This document shows, piece by piece, positions 53,201-64,000 of a stretch of DNA of 64,000 bases. Position numbers and translations under genes: made by a program. Origin of the DNA: Protoeuglena noctilucae (taxonomy: Eukaryota); the NCBI GenBank assembly GCA_958009085.1, contig OY253670.1:1364001-1428000 (forward strand), written 5' to 3'. Position 1 is the first letter of the stretch. Every line of letters starts with the position of its first letter. The notes beneath the pieces are model-generated. The model saw only the letters and a list, made by a program, of their open reading frames with translations, had not been told where the DNA came from and made no database searches.

Positions 53201-56200
53201 GGGCATCTTCTTCAAGGTCAAGCCGGGCGTGTTTGCCCTGCGGTGAGCGTCCCTGGCCCGGCGGGATGGGTGGTGTGGTGGGGATCGCCAGCCCTGTCGA
53301 GCTGTCTGCTTTGCTTCCCCCCAGGGATGTCGTGGAGCACCAGCGCGGCAAGCAGCCGGAGCACGGGCCGGGGGGCAGCAAGATCAAGTGCGGGGCATGC
53401 CACCACTGCCTCAACCCGAGCCACAAGAAGGCCTGCCTGAACCCCACGTACATCAACCGGAAGGAGGAGGAGGAGAAGGCCGAGTTTGAGGAGCAGCGGT
53501 TGCAGAGCATGCGGCGCGAGTGGGTCGAGGTGAGGCCTGGGTGGCGGGGGGTGCCTGGCGCAAATGCGGCCGGGGGTGTTGGGCCGCGGGTCACCTCGCA
53601 CCTCGGCACCCCTCCCAGCGCCTCCTTCTCGGCGAGTTCGACGACCTTCCCGTGGCGGAGCGTGTGGGTGCGTGCCTGGACCTGCTCCACCTGTGCCTGG
53701 AGATGCCGTCCATGCGGGGGGAGCTGGTGGCGCGGCTGGAGGAGGAGGAGGCGGTGCACAAGACGCTGGCGGACATGCGCGCGCACGAAAAGCAGCGCAA
53801 GGCCACCGCTACGGCAACGGCACAGGTGACAAGCCTGGTAGGGCACGTGGTCGAGGTTGTCGCTGCAGGTCGCTGGAGGTCAAGGATGGAAACGAATGCT
53901 TGCTTTGTCGTGACGACTCGCAGGCCCTGCACCACCATTCCAAGATCCTGCAAATGCAGCTGCAGACGGGGATGAGTGTGCCCCTGGCGGCCCCGCTGCC
54001 CCCGGCTGTGGTGCAGGTCCTGGGGCACAGCGAGCCGAGGGTGGGGGAGGGGGAAGGACCCTCGCCAATGTCAGGTCAGTAAGGCACGGGGACATTCCAG
54101 GCCCCCTCTCCGCACCCGCCTGGCCTCGACAGTTGGCCCGCTTGCGCCCCCCCGCAGAGGCCGACCGGGCGCAGGCGCGCCACGACGTCCAGCTGCTGGC
54201 GCGGGAGCAGGAGCGCGTGGAGCACGCAGACCGCGAGGCCGAGGCGTCCTTCCGGGAACGCGAGCGGGCCGTGGCGGAGTGGCGTCCCCGGCGGCACGTG
54301 CGTGGGGAGCCCCTCGGCTCCGACCGGCGCTTCAACCGGTGAGACGTGTGACCCTGGGTGGGTGGGCGCGGCGTGCCGCGTGCCTGGTCTTTGTCCCTCC
54401 CCGTATGCCGCGCCACCCCACCCCCGCAGCTACTGGATTCTCTCTCGCGGCTCATCCCGGCCCGTCCTCCTCATCGAGAGCCCCCCGTCCCACGACCGCG
54501 TGGTGTCGGATGCGGTGCCGTCTCCCAGGTGGCGCGTGGTGGCCACCCCGGCGCAGTTCGAGGGTCTGCTGCGGAGCCTGGACCTGTCCGGCTCCAGGGA
54601 GCGCGCCCTTCACGCCGAGCTGACGCGCCTGGCGGACGAGCTGGTCCCGGAGATGCAGAGGGTGGCGGGCGAGGCAGGAGGGGGCTCGCCGGGGCCGCTG
54701 GGTTGGGAAGCGGAGCCCACCACCGACGAGGCCCTGGCTGCGTACTTGGAAGACCGCGTCGACTGCCACGCGCCCCGGGCAGACAGGTGGGGGAAGATGG
54801 CGGCGCTGCCTGTGGGTTGCTGGCTGCCAAGTCCTCCGTCTGCCCCGTCGCTTGAAGCTTCGCTGCTGCGAGCGCTGCAGGGCCCACATGGACGTGGCGC
54901 TGCGGCCTGTGGCATCGACTCACGACACCATCTCGAGCAATGGCCACGCTGACGACGATGGAAACGCGGAGAGCATGGGGCAGGAGGGCGAGCGCAGCGA
55001 GCGACGCGCGGGATCAGGGGCGGAGGGCGCTCCGTCCGGAAGTGGGGAGCCCGGGGCAGCCGAGGGCGGGAGGCGCGACTGGAGCACGAGCCCGCTTTTC
55101 GCGCGGGTGAAGGAGGACTTGCTAGCCGTGGGGGGCTCGCTGAGTGCCAAGGCATTCCACGCGGGGTTCGACCGAGGCGCATGGCTGGCGGCCACGGGGC
55201 CGGCCAAGGTGGGGGGAGGGGGCCCATGCCGATGCTTTCTCTTGCAAAGAATGGCGTGGGTGCTTGTGACGATGTTCGCCCTGCTTCTCCCTCCCCAGAC
55301 GGTCCTGGCCCTGCGCAAGTGCCTGGGGGAGCTCGAGGAGGCCGTGCTGCTGTCCCGCTTCCACGAGGCGTACGGGGTGGGGCCGCGGCTCAAGCTGGTC
55401 TTTGGCGCATGGCTGGAGACGCCGGGGCAGTTTGCGACGATGGAGCGGGCGGCCGACGGGTGGGCAGGTGTGCCCATGGAGGTGAGGCACAGGGTGGAGA
55501 AGGACGGCGCTTGCATGGGGCAGGGGCTGCTCGGGACTGGCACCTCCCCTTTGTGCTTGCAGGAGGTCCTGGTGGAGGACCTGGAGTGGGCGTCTGAGGT
55601 CGGGTGCAGCAAGTGCCAGTTTAGCAACCGCGGCTGCCGCACGTGCCTCTTCCGCATCATCGAGGCGTGCTACACCAAGGGCCAAGACGTTCCGCCCCTT
55701 GTGGCCGAGCTGGCAGGTGGGCGGGTGACGGCCTGCTTCCGATGCAGGTGCTGAGCGGTACGCTTACTGATGGGTCTAACATGCCCCTTGCCCTGCAGAG
55801 CGCTTCCAGCCCTGGCCCCCGCGCCCTCCCCGCCCTGGCGACGATGCCCCGGATGCAGCCGACCCTGCCGGGGCCCCCGGGCAGTCCGGCGGCTTTCGTC
55901 CGGAGGAGTACGTGCGCCCCCGCAAGCTCGCCTGGCTCCCCGCCACCTTGTCGGCCGTCGCGCTCCGCCTCTACTCAATGGATGCCAACGCGGTGTACCG
56001 CGACCATGGCCGCGCGGCGCGCGACAACCTCCACACGTACCAGTTCATCCTGTTCCCGGTGCCCAAGGCCCCTCCGCCGGACGACCTGGGACCCCAGACG
56101 CATGCGGTTCCAGTGACGGTGGCGCAGGATGCTCTGCCCCGGGCGTGCGTCACTGAGGTGAGCGGTGCCGCGGTGTCTGAGTCGCTCTTGTGTCGAGTGA

Positions 56201-56674
56201 GGTGGCTGGGAGGTCGAGCGCTGGCCGGGGCTGCGCCGACGCAGGCGGAGGAGGCAGAGATGCACGCGCGGGAGACGGAGGTGGAGCAGCGGCAGCGGGA
56301 CACGAAGCGGAAGAAGGATGGACCTGTCAAAAAAATTACCATCAAGAACATCGGAAAGGCCGCGGCGGGAGCAGGCGGGAGGGGCGGAGGGGGAGCTGCG
56401 GGGGGTGGCGAACGGCCTGCGCTCATCAAGCAAGCCGAACCACAGCAAGCCGAGCCGCGCTTGGCAGTGGAGGCGGAGGTGAGGCGGAGATTTGACGATT
56501 AAACTGACGATGTAAGGAAGTTTCACTGGCGCTAAAAATGAAAATCGTTATGGCTTACACGTGCAGATGCTCGAGGACGAGCTCAGCGAGGAGGAGGAGG
56601 AGGAGGGCAAGGAGGGGAGCGAGTACAATGCCAGCGATGACGATGCTAGCATGGAGGAGGATGACGACGACTAA
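50217..56674 (+). CDS. Homeobox-DDT chromatin protein (RINGLET/RLT-like ISWI partner) with HARE-HTH, CXXC and WHIM motifs
   Basis: Homeodomain KTPEQVAALE..QVEQWFGHRR; DDT region ..LNPLTWPEVLRQ; PGTVKYAVWHVL; CGACHHCLNP..KKAC; LGSDRRFNRYW; LSAVALRLYSMD. About 19 GT-AG introns; acidic C-terminus. Confidence 0.85.
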
Positions 56675-56832
56675 ATGAATGAATGCACGGACACACTTGC
56701 GAGGGAGCGGAAGTAGTGGAACTCAGCACTATGGCTTGCCTGACCTGTTGACTTCGACTCTTGAACGGTTTCTGAAAAGGTGGTTAAAGTAGGCGGTTAG
56801 TTTAACGGATCCCCCTCGCTTGCGGGTGGATC

Positions 56833-58153
56833 ATGGACCGCGCTCCCCCTGGCACGCCGCGGCTGGGGTCTGACGGGGCTTCTTCACGGGATGATGAGAA
56901 GACAAGCCGCAGTCTCGCCGCCCAGACCCTCGCGCCACCGCGCATCTCTCTGGGCACTGTTGTGCCGCCCGAGGCCAAAAAGACTCCGGTGGGGCCCAGC
57001 AAGACCAGCCATGGCAGTCGGGCCAGCACGTCGGCCGTGTCCGCCCCCACCAACGCCGCCGTGGAAGGCGTCAACTTCACCGTCACTGATACGCGGGGCG
57101 GCGCAAACAAGACGATCGATGCCAGCTTCGACCAGAAGGTCACTACCAAGTTCCACAACAGCTTTACCATCCTCATCGACCGAAGTGCATCGATGGGCAC
57201 CAATGCGGGGGGCGGGAAGACGCGCATGGAGGTGGCGCATGAGGCCTTCGAGACGTTAGTGAACGAGGTTGCTGAGAAGTGAGCCCTCGAGCCCGTGATC
57301 GCAGCACGGTTGATGCATGGGGCATTGCTTTCTGGAGTCTTCGGCCAACTGGCCATAGGCTGAGACCGCGCCCGCGTCGAGTGTCAGTAATACGAAACGC
57401 TCCCAACGATTCCCATCCCCCGGATCGACAGCGCGCACGCCAAGTCCCTGCCTCCCGCACCGCCCCTGCAGGCGGCGCAACGAGCCGAGCGACCTCATCT
57501 GCGTGTGGACCTTCAACCACGAGGCCCGCCGCGCCATGGTCGGTCCTGCCCACAACTTTAACCTCAAGCACCGCGGGCTGCAGGGAGACTTCCGGCCATC
57601 CGGCGGCACCGACCTGCCCCACGCCATGCAGACGGCCCTTGCCGGGATGAAGGAGTACAACGAGAAGGTTAAGCAGAAGCACAAGAACGCCGTGGTACAG
57701 TGGCTGGTCGTTCTGACGGATGGCGACACCAGCAGCCTCCGCCTGACGCGGGAGCAGACCATCGCCATGCTGCAAGAGGCCTCACACTCGGTCTGGAACT
57801 TCAAGGTCTGCTTCATCGGCATCGGCCAGAGCGCCAGCGAGACGGCCGTCCTGCAGGAGATGGCCGCGGCCGTCAAGGACCGCCTCCGCACCCCCGGGGG
57901 CATCGTGTGCGCCACGCAGGGCACGGACATCGCGTCCATGCGCAAGGTCTTCCAGGAGGCCAGCACCATGGTGCGCAAGATCCAGGACAAGCTCGTGGTC
58001 GAGAAGGGCAACGAGAAGATCATGTTCCGGGGGCAGGCCGCGCAGCAGGCACTGCAGGCCGTGCTGAGTGGTAGTGCTCTGGGCCAGCTGAGCCTCGGCA
58101 GCGGCAGCGGTAGTGGCAGCAGCAGGGGCGGCAACAAGAGGCTTCTCAAGTAG
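56833..58153 (+). CDS. vWA-domain protein, copy 2, no transmembrane tail
   Basis: Own ATG; same intron as copy 1; nearly identical to 5100-6140; ends SRGGNKRLLK*. Confidence 0.78.
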
Positions 58154-59112
58154 ATGGCCAGTGACACCGACGCATGGTGTTGCCCCGTGAGACGCTCAGC
58201 GGTTGAAGTGAAGCAACGCAATGGTGGTGCACCATACCCATACCTGGTCACAATGCCATTGTGGCTTACCAGGCAGGCGACGAGGGCCATTGCGTGGAAC
58301 GCAAATGGACCCTGCTGCCCCTGCCACCCCTGGACTTCCGCTGGCTTGCCGTCGCATGTCATGTGCATGCCTGATAGCCTTGCCCGAGTCTGCCACAGCA
58401 GCACAGCGTGCCATCGTGGAAGTGGATACCTGATGACACCGCTCGCTGTTTCTGAGAGCGTGACGGGGTGAAGCAGGTCGGTGGATCCATGGAGGCACTG
58501 TGCACGTAGCTGGCGTGAGACGACGGGGAGATGTGTGGGTTGAAGAGGAGCGAGCACGCATGCCGTGCATCCACATGCATCCACGGCATTTACATGCCCG
58601 ACGTGCCCGACGTGCATGACATGACTAGCAAGGGTCGCCCAGCGCTGTCGGTCGGACTTTGATCATATTGACGTCGTGGGTATGTAAGGGACCTGACGTG
58701 CAGGTGGATAGCATTGCTAAAAACCGAACCCTGACAATGCAACCATTTGAAAGCGGAGGGCCGTTTGATGGAACGGTACACACGCATCCAAGAAAGCGTC
58801 CTTGTCGTTTTTAGGGCGTGCCGTTGCGTGTGAAGGATCTTGTGAGCACGAGGCGCTGGAAACAAAGGGCGAGCAATGCGCCAGGCTAGCCAGGCAAGGG
58901 GTGTACGGGGCGGGTCCCCGCCGTGGCCGGCAGTGCGTCACAAAGCCATGCCAGCTCCTTGAACGCTGGCAGTCGGCTAGATGGAGCTGTACCTGCTGAC
59001 CTCATCAGGCGGCGAGCTCAGCGGCAGCTGCGATGGCAGCACGCATGGTTATTGCCAACCTCGGTCAATTCCATTGCGCAAGAAGAGATGGCGTCTGCCA
59101 GACGATCTGGCG

Positions 59113-61194
59113 TCAAGCGGACGAGCGGACGCTCGCCAGCACCCGCTTGTTGCTTGAGTGACGCTCTGAAGCGTTCAGGCGACCATGAAACGCTTGACCG
59201 CCGTACGACAGAAGCTTGGGCAAGCTCCGTGGCTCTCTTCCCTGCGAGCAGGGTTAGGTAAGGGTACAACGCAGTGTTGAATTCTCTCGCATCCAGCCAT
59301 GCATCTTATGTTCCAATGCGTCGCAACGCCTGTAGCCTGTACACCTGGGGGCAGTGGCCGGAAAGCTTAACTACGCCTGAGCCAACCAGAAGGACGTCGC
59401 CAACGCCATTACCCCAAAGGCGGACCAGCTGCCGCCCCCTGTTCACAGATAAGCTGCCGTGTATCACGAGCTTCCCACCGCCCGCGCTGACGGCAGGAAA
59501 CAAACTCCCCATCACGTCTAAGCCGAACGCCACGCGCGCAAAGCGCTGCCTCGCCCTTGGCTGACGACCCCACACACCCCGCTCCGCTCGATCCGACACG
59601 ACTCCAGGTTCACGGTGCCCATGTCATCCGCGCGTGCCCCCCATGCCTGTGCGCCTACGATGACGCAGCGATGCATCTCCACCTGAGAAGATGGAGAACA
59701 GGCGCCCTGAGATGATGTTCACCTTTGGGTTAGGATTAAGCCCCAGAACCTAGTGTGAGTTGCGAGATGAGTCACACCTGGCCGCCCTCCGTGGCCCAGA
59801 CGCCGCACTGCCCTGGACAGGAAATGGTGCAGTCCTCCAACCGAACTCGCGCGTTTGCTTTGGCCAGCACACCTCCGCCCTCGATGGCAACGGATTTGGG
59901 CAATACGTGAGCGATCCCTGCCACGCCATCCACTTCAACCATGCCTCCAGCCTTGAACTGCAACCCCACCCCCTCCAGGATGATTAACCGACGGATCCGC
60001 ACCGACCTGCCGACCCAAGCCGTCCCTGCCTCGCGCTGAACCTTCTGCGCCCGTGAATTATTCCTGACTGCCGGCCAGATCCCATCCTCATCCCCGGTCG
60101 CCGTCTCCTGGCCCGTCTCCGTCTCCTCCCCACCAGGGGTCCCGAGAAGCAACGTGGGAGTGTCCCTCGCCCAAGATGCACTTGCTTTGGCGACGGCATT
60201 CGTTTGCTCGTCGCCTGGGTCCGGCAGCTGCATGCTGCGGACTTTGGCCGACACGGCGGCAGCCCGGACTGCATAGCCGAACGGCCGTGCTTGCTCCTCC
60301 GGCCCGTGGCTCAGGGCATCCGCTGCCTGGAGTACTCCTACTGCCCCTCCGTTCAAATCCACCAGCAGTCCCCCCGACATACCGGGGTTCACAGGTGCGT
60401 CGCACTTGAGAAGCCAGGGGTCGTCCGGACTGGCGTCCCTGCGCAGGACGTGCAGCGACCTCAGATGACATGTGCTCCTGGCGAGACGCATGCCGTGACC
60501 CCGCCTTATGCAGCGCCCGTGACTCACCTCCCAGTCACGGCTATGCCAACTTCCAACCGCACGAAGCCCGACTTGTGATACGTGAGTGCGGTCGCACGCA
60601 GCCTGCACGTGCGGAGCAGATATGGCGCGTCGTGAACAGCACACTCAAACTGGAACCCACCCGCTCTCACGGCACATAGGTGCGCCTCCACGTGGTCATG
60701 CTGATGGCCCGCTCGAAACGGTGGCCCTCTGTCGGGCACAGGAGGGCGAGGTCGAGCGGGCCGGAGTCCCAGTCCAACAGATTAGCGGTCCCGAGATTGA
60801 CGAGATCCCCGTGGTCGACGAGTCGCGCCCTGACTGTCTGCACAGACGGCATCGGTACCCGGTCAAGCGGCGCCCACAGTCAAGCCACGCTCGTGTAGCA
60901 TCTGCGTAGCATCCGCGTCACCGCGGGGCAAACACGCTTTCTGAGCACCGCAGTGAAGCAGACCGTGTTGCCTCGGATGGGAAGGTGTGCGCAGGTAAGG
61001 ATATACGGGCTTGGGTCGCCCTCGCCCTGCACATCCCGCACCACCACGCCCGTCCCGTGGGCCTCGTGGCCCCAAAAATCGAATGTAAGGTGCACTATGC
61101 TCTTCCGAGCGTCCGCATCCCCGGGCAGGCCGCGCAGTTGGCTGGCTGCGGACCCGAAAACCGGGCCCTCTGGGGCCTCGTTGACGCGCTCCAT
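59113..61194 (-). CDS. Trypsin-like serine peptidase fused to right-handed beta-helix-like repeats
   Basis: GTGVVV..YILTCAH, DLALL, NPGMSGG; then VRLEDCTIS..GVWATEGG, VEMHRCVI, VNLESCRIERSGVCGV. About five frame-preserving introns; 3' end inferred. Confidence 0.7.
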
Positions 61195-61299
61195 GCCCCT
61201 TGCCGTGGAGAACCCAGCTACTGAGCCGTCGCGTTGAAACTGGGGTCTGGAGCTAGCGCTGCAGCTGCCAAGTCACAGGGGACGTTTCATGCGGCCGAG

Positions 61300-62257
61300 T
61301 CATGCGGGCGCGCCAGGCCCCCGGGCAACAAACTCGCGGAAGGACGCCTTTGCACACCGCGAGAAGCTCCGCACCACGTCCCCGCATCGCAGCGGCTCCT
61401 CGGGGTTCTCCTTGTAGCACTGGATGCACGCGTCCCGCTCCTGAGAGCACAGGCTATGTGCTCGGGTGGGTCAGCGGGATGGGGCCACCTCGTGGTGTCG
61501 CTGCCGCCGCCTTGGCGAAAGCCCGCACCTGCGCACATGCCGGCTCCCTCCGCGGAATGTGATAGTGGTCAGCCACCAGCTGGTCCGCCATCGCCTGCAC
61601 CTTGGCCAGCTCCTCCTGGTTGCGATTCACGAGGAGGTGGCCCACCAGCTCACTGTTGGGCAGTCGAGGGGCGTAGGTGGGTAGTTCAGCAGCGCAAGGC
61701 GGCAAAGCGCAGCTGCGATCCTGCGCATGCAAATCGATTTGCGGCTGGCTGGCCGAATTTCTGCGTTGGCCCGCACACACCTGGCCTCCAGCTCCGCCTG
61801 CAGATGCCGCGCGCGGTCCTCGGCTATCGCACGCACAGACTCTTCCCCGATCTCGTCGAGCGCCGCGGGTCTCTTCATTGCGGGCGGGATGAGGGTGTCC
61901 TGCTCAGGCGCATCCTGCTCGCTCGCAACAGTTCGAGCCGTCCGGCGAGGCGGCCACGGACGCGAGCGAGGCACTCCGGCAAGCGTCTCCAGCAGCGGCC
62001 GGCTGACCTGCGGAGGGACACCGCGCACACAAGCACGTCAGCAAAATGTGGGCCGCCATTCATCGGTGACAATGGAGTCGCGTGCATGCCCGCTGCACAC
62101 AGATTAGGCTGAGGGGCAGTCATGCGCGTGGATCGCCGGCGTGGATTACCCCATCGCGTCCGCGGCCACGCACCGTCACGGTGAAGGCGTCCTCACTCGT
62201 CCCCGGCGCTTCCGGAGGAGCCGCTTCTCCAGCCAGCGAGCTCAGTGATTGACCCAT
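61300..62257 (-). CDS. MICOS subunit Mic19/CHCHD3-like protein
   Basis: MGQSLS myristoylation motif, coiled coil, twin CX9C (CAQERDACIQCYKENP..LRCGDVVRSFSRC). Three GT-AG introns. Missed as a unit by the ORF track. Confidence 0.75.
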
Positions 62258-62650
62258 TTCCCGGGTGCGTCTTTAAACTCACGCAGGCGCAGACAAATAT
62301 GCTCTTGACACCGCGGCCCCTGGCCGAACTCTCAGGACTGCCGGCTTAGATGCTAGCGGTCTGCAGGCCACACGACCTAGGACTAAAGACACAGTACGGT
62401 GGCCACCCACGACTGACGCCGCCCACGCAGCCACTGGCGCTTTCGTGCCAGGTTCCCCGCCGTGGAATCCCATTCGTTTTCCCGCGCACCTACGAGGTCG
62501 TCCAAACGCGAGGCTCTGTGCGTTCACCGACTCCCAATCCGCCTCCCCTCTGTCCGTGCGGCTCGACCTTTAGAATACAGGGGTCCTCGCAGGGCGAACA
62601 GCGCCTAACCCTAGCCGCTTCGCGCGACAGGGGTCGCTGTACTGGGGCTG

Positions 62651-63953
62651 ATGGCGAGCTGGGGGAGGATGGCCGCGGCGGGCTCTTCTGCCGCGGCAAG
62701 GGCCTCCTCCGCGCCGCTGGGAGGGCGAGGGTGAGGGTCTGTGCATCGTTCGCGCGACCGTGGCCGCGCGAGTGGCTTTCTTCTGTGGCTGTGTCCGCGC
62801 CCATGTGCCCGTTTCGAGCAACGCGCGGCCGGCACCTGCGCCTTCATCGACGCGGTGTTGCTCGACCGAGATAGCTCTCATCGCCGCCGCCGGCGGGCCC
62901 ACGCCATGTCGCAGGCGCATCTCATGGGCGGGACGGTTCACCGCGCCGCTCCCGCGGAGGGCGGCGGCTGGTGCCGCTGACTTCTCCATGGATCGCGTGC
63001 AGCAGATGGAGGCTGAGCCGCCGAAGGTTTTTCCGCGCGCCCGGGTTGCGGACCCCTATAAGGTGACCGTCGTAACGCAACCGTCGCGTCCTAGGCTTGG
63101 GCCGGGCCCACGCTGCGGCTCGAGTCTCGTGCGCGCCATCTGCATCCGGCGGCTCCCCGTGCCTGGTGCAGCGGCTGGGTGTCGAGCGCGAGGCGGACTT
63201 CGAGGAGGTGGAGAGCGCGAGGACGTTTCTGCTGGAAGAGTACGGGGCGCACCGGGCGTCGCGGGAGGCCGTCGAGCTCGCGTACGACCGGATCCTGAAG
63301 GAGAAGTATGACATCCGGAAGAAGACCGGCTACCGCTCCGTGAACAAGAAGACGGGCCGGCGGGAGAGGGGGCGCAGCGAGTCGCTTTTGCAGAAGCTGC
63401 AGCGAAGCTTGGACCACGAAGTGACACGGTGGGTGGCGCCGCGCTTGGGGCCCCTGGGCGCGGCGTGCGCCTAGAGAGAGTCTTCCCCGCTGAGCAGTGA
63501 CTGCTTCTTGCGGCGCAGGAACAAGATCATCAACGAGGCGGTCGTGTACGGGCTCATGATTGTGGCAACCTTCGCGGACGATGTGGGAGGCCTCCTGGCC
63601 TTCACCGCCGTCTTCGTATCGATGCTGATGACCACCTTCAAGCTCTACAAGAAACGACTTGCCCAGAACCCTGATGGCCCGTATTTCATGGAGACCCCTG
63701 TGGTGAGGACCCTTGCTTCGTCGGCGAGCGCATGGCGTCTCGGCAGCAGCGCCTGAAGCGGCTGAGAACCGCGCCTGCGTCCATCTGCCTGCAGCCGGGG
63801 GCATTCCGGGACACGATGCTGGGTCTGCTGGCCGGCGCCGGGCTGGGGTCGGCCCTGGGCCAGATGGGCCTGATTAGCACGGCAGTGCAGGGGTCGTTCA
63901 CGATCGCCCTCGGTCTCTTGGCCAACTTCGTGTGGGTCACCTTCTTAAAGTAA
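62651..63953 (+). CDS. CPP1: Chaperone-like protein of POR1 (CPP1/DUF3353), plastid J-like membrane protein
   Basis: VFPR..DPYKRLGV..ADFEEV..AR.FL.EEY..H..SREAVELAYDRIL, C-terminal TM helices ending TFLK*. Confidence 0.85.
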
Positions 63954-64000
63954 ACGGTGCGTTGCCACTAGTCGACTTATCTCGCGGCCCATGCACTTAG

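Noticed and set aside
58560..58630. Hairpin followed by CTAG as a possible Helitron 3' end for the vWA copy
   Set aside because: Spacing and flanking base do not fit, no 5' TC terminus is identifiable, and the motif is not shared with copy 1.

Overview
Eukaryotic nuclear DNA, very GC-rich (about 70% by eye), gene-dense, with many short (mostly 75-110 nt) spliceosomal introns. Gene content (CPP1/DUF3353, PGD1/PLIP-type lipase, LOG2-type RING ligase, RLT-type homeobox-DDT, GIP1-N, B9D2) points to a flagellated green alga; I cannot name the species. About 25 spliced genes were reconstructed by hand, plus a near-identical truncated ammonium-transporter copy and a recently duplicated vWA gene pair. 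No rRNA, tRNA, CRISPR or transposase was recognised. Best leads: (1) a CDCA7-type zf-4CXXC_R1-like zinc finger fused to an MBD4-type glycosylase; (2) about 17 of roughly 130 introns use a GC donor, mostly AG|GC[GA]AG; (3) an otherwise intact HDAC11-like gene has an in-frame TGA two residues past the catalytic His pair; (4) an AmtB-type transporter with a bipartite plastid/thylakoid-like presequence sits tail-to-tail with SGAT; (5) a divergent YaaA with an acidic/basic NLS-like tail; (6) a trypsin + beta-helix fusion beside the second vWA copy. All exon models are inferred without RNA data.
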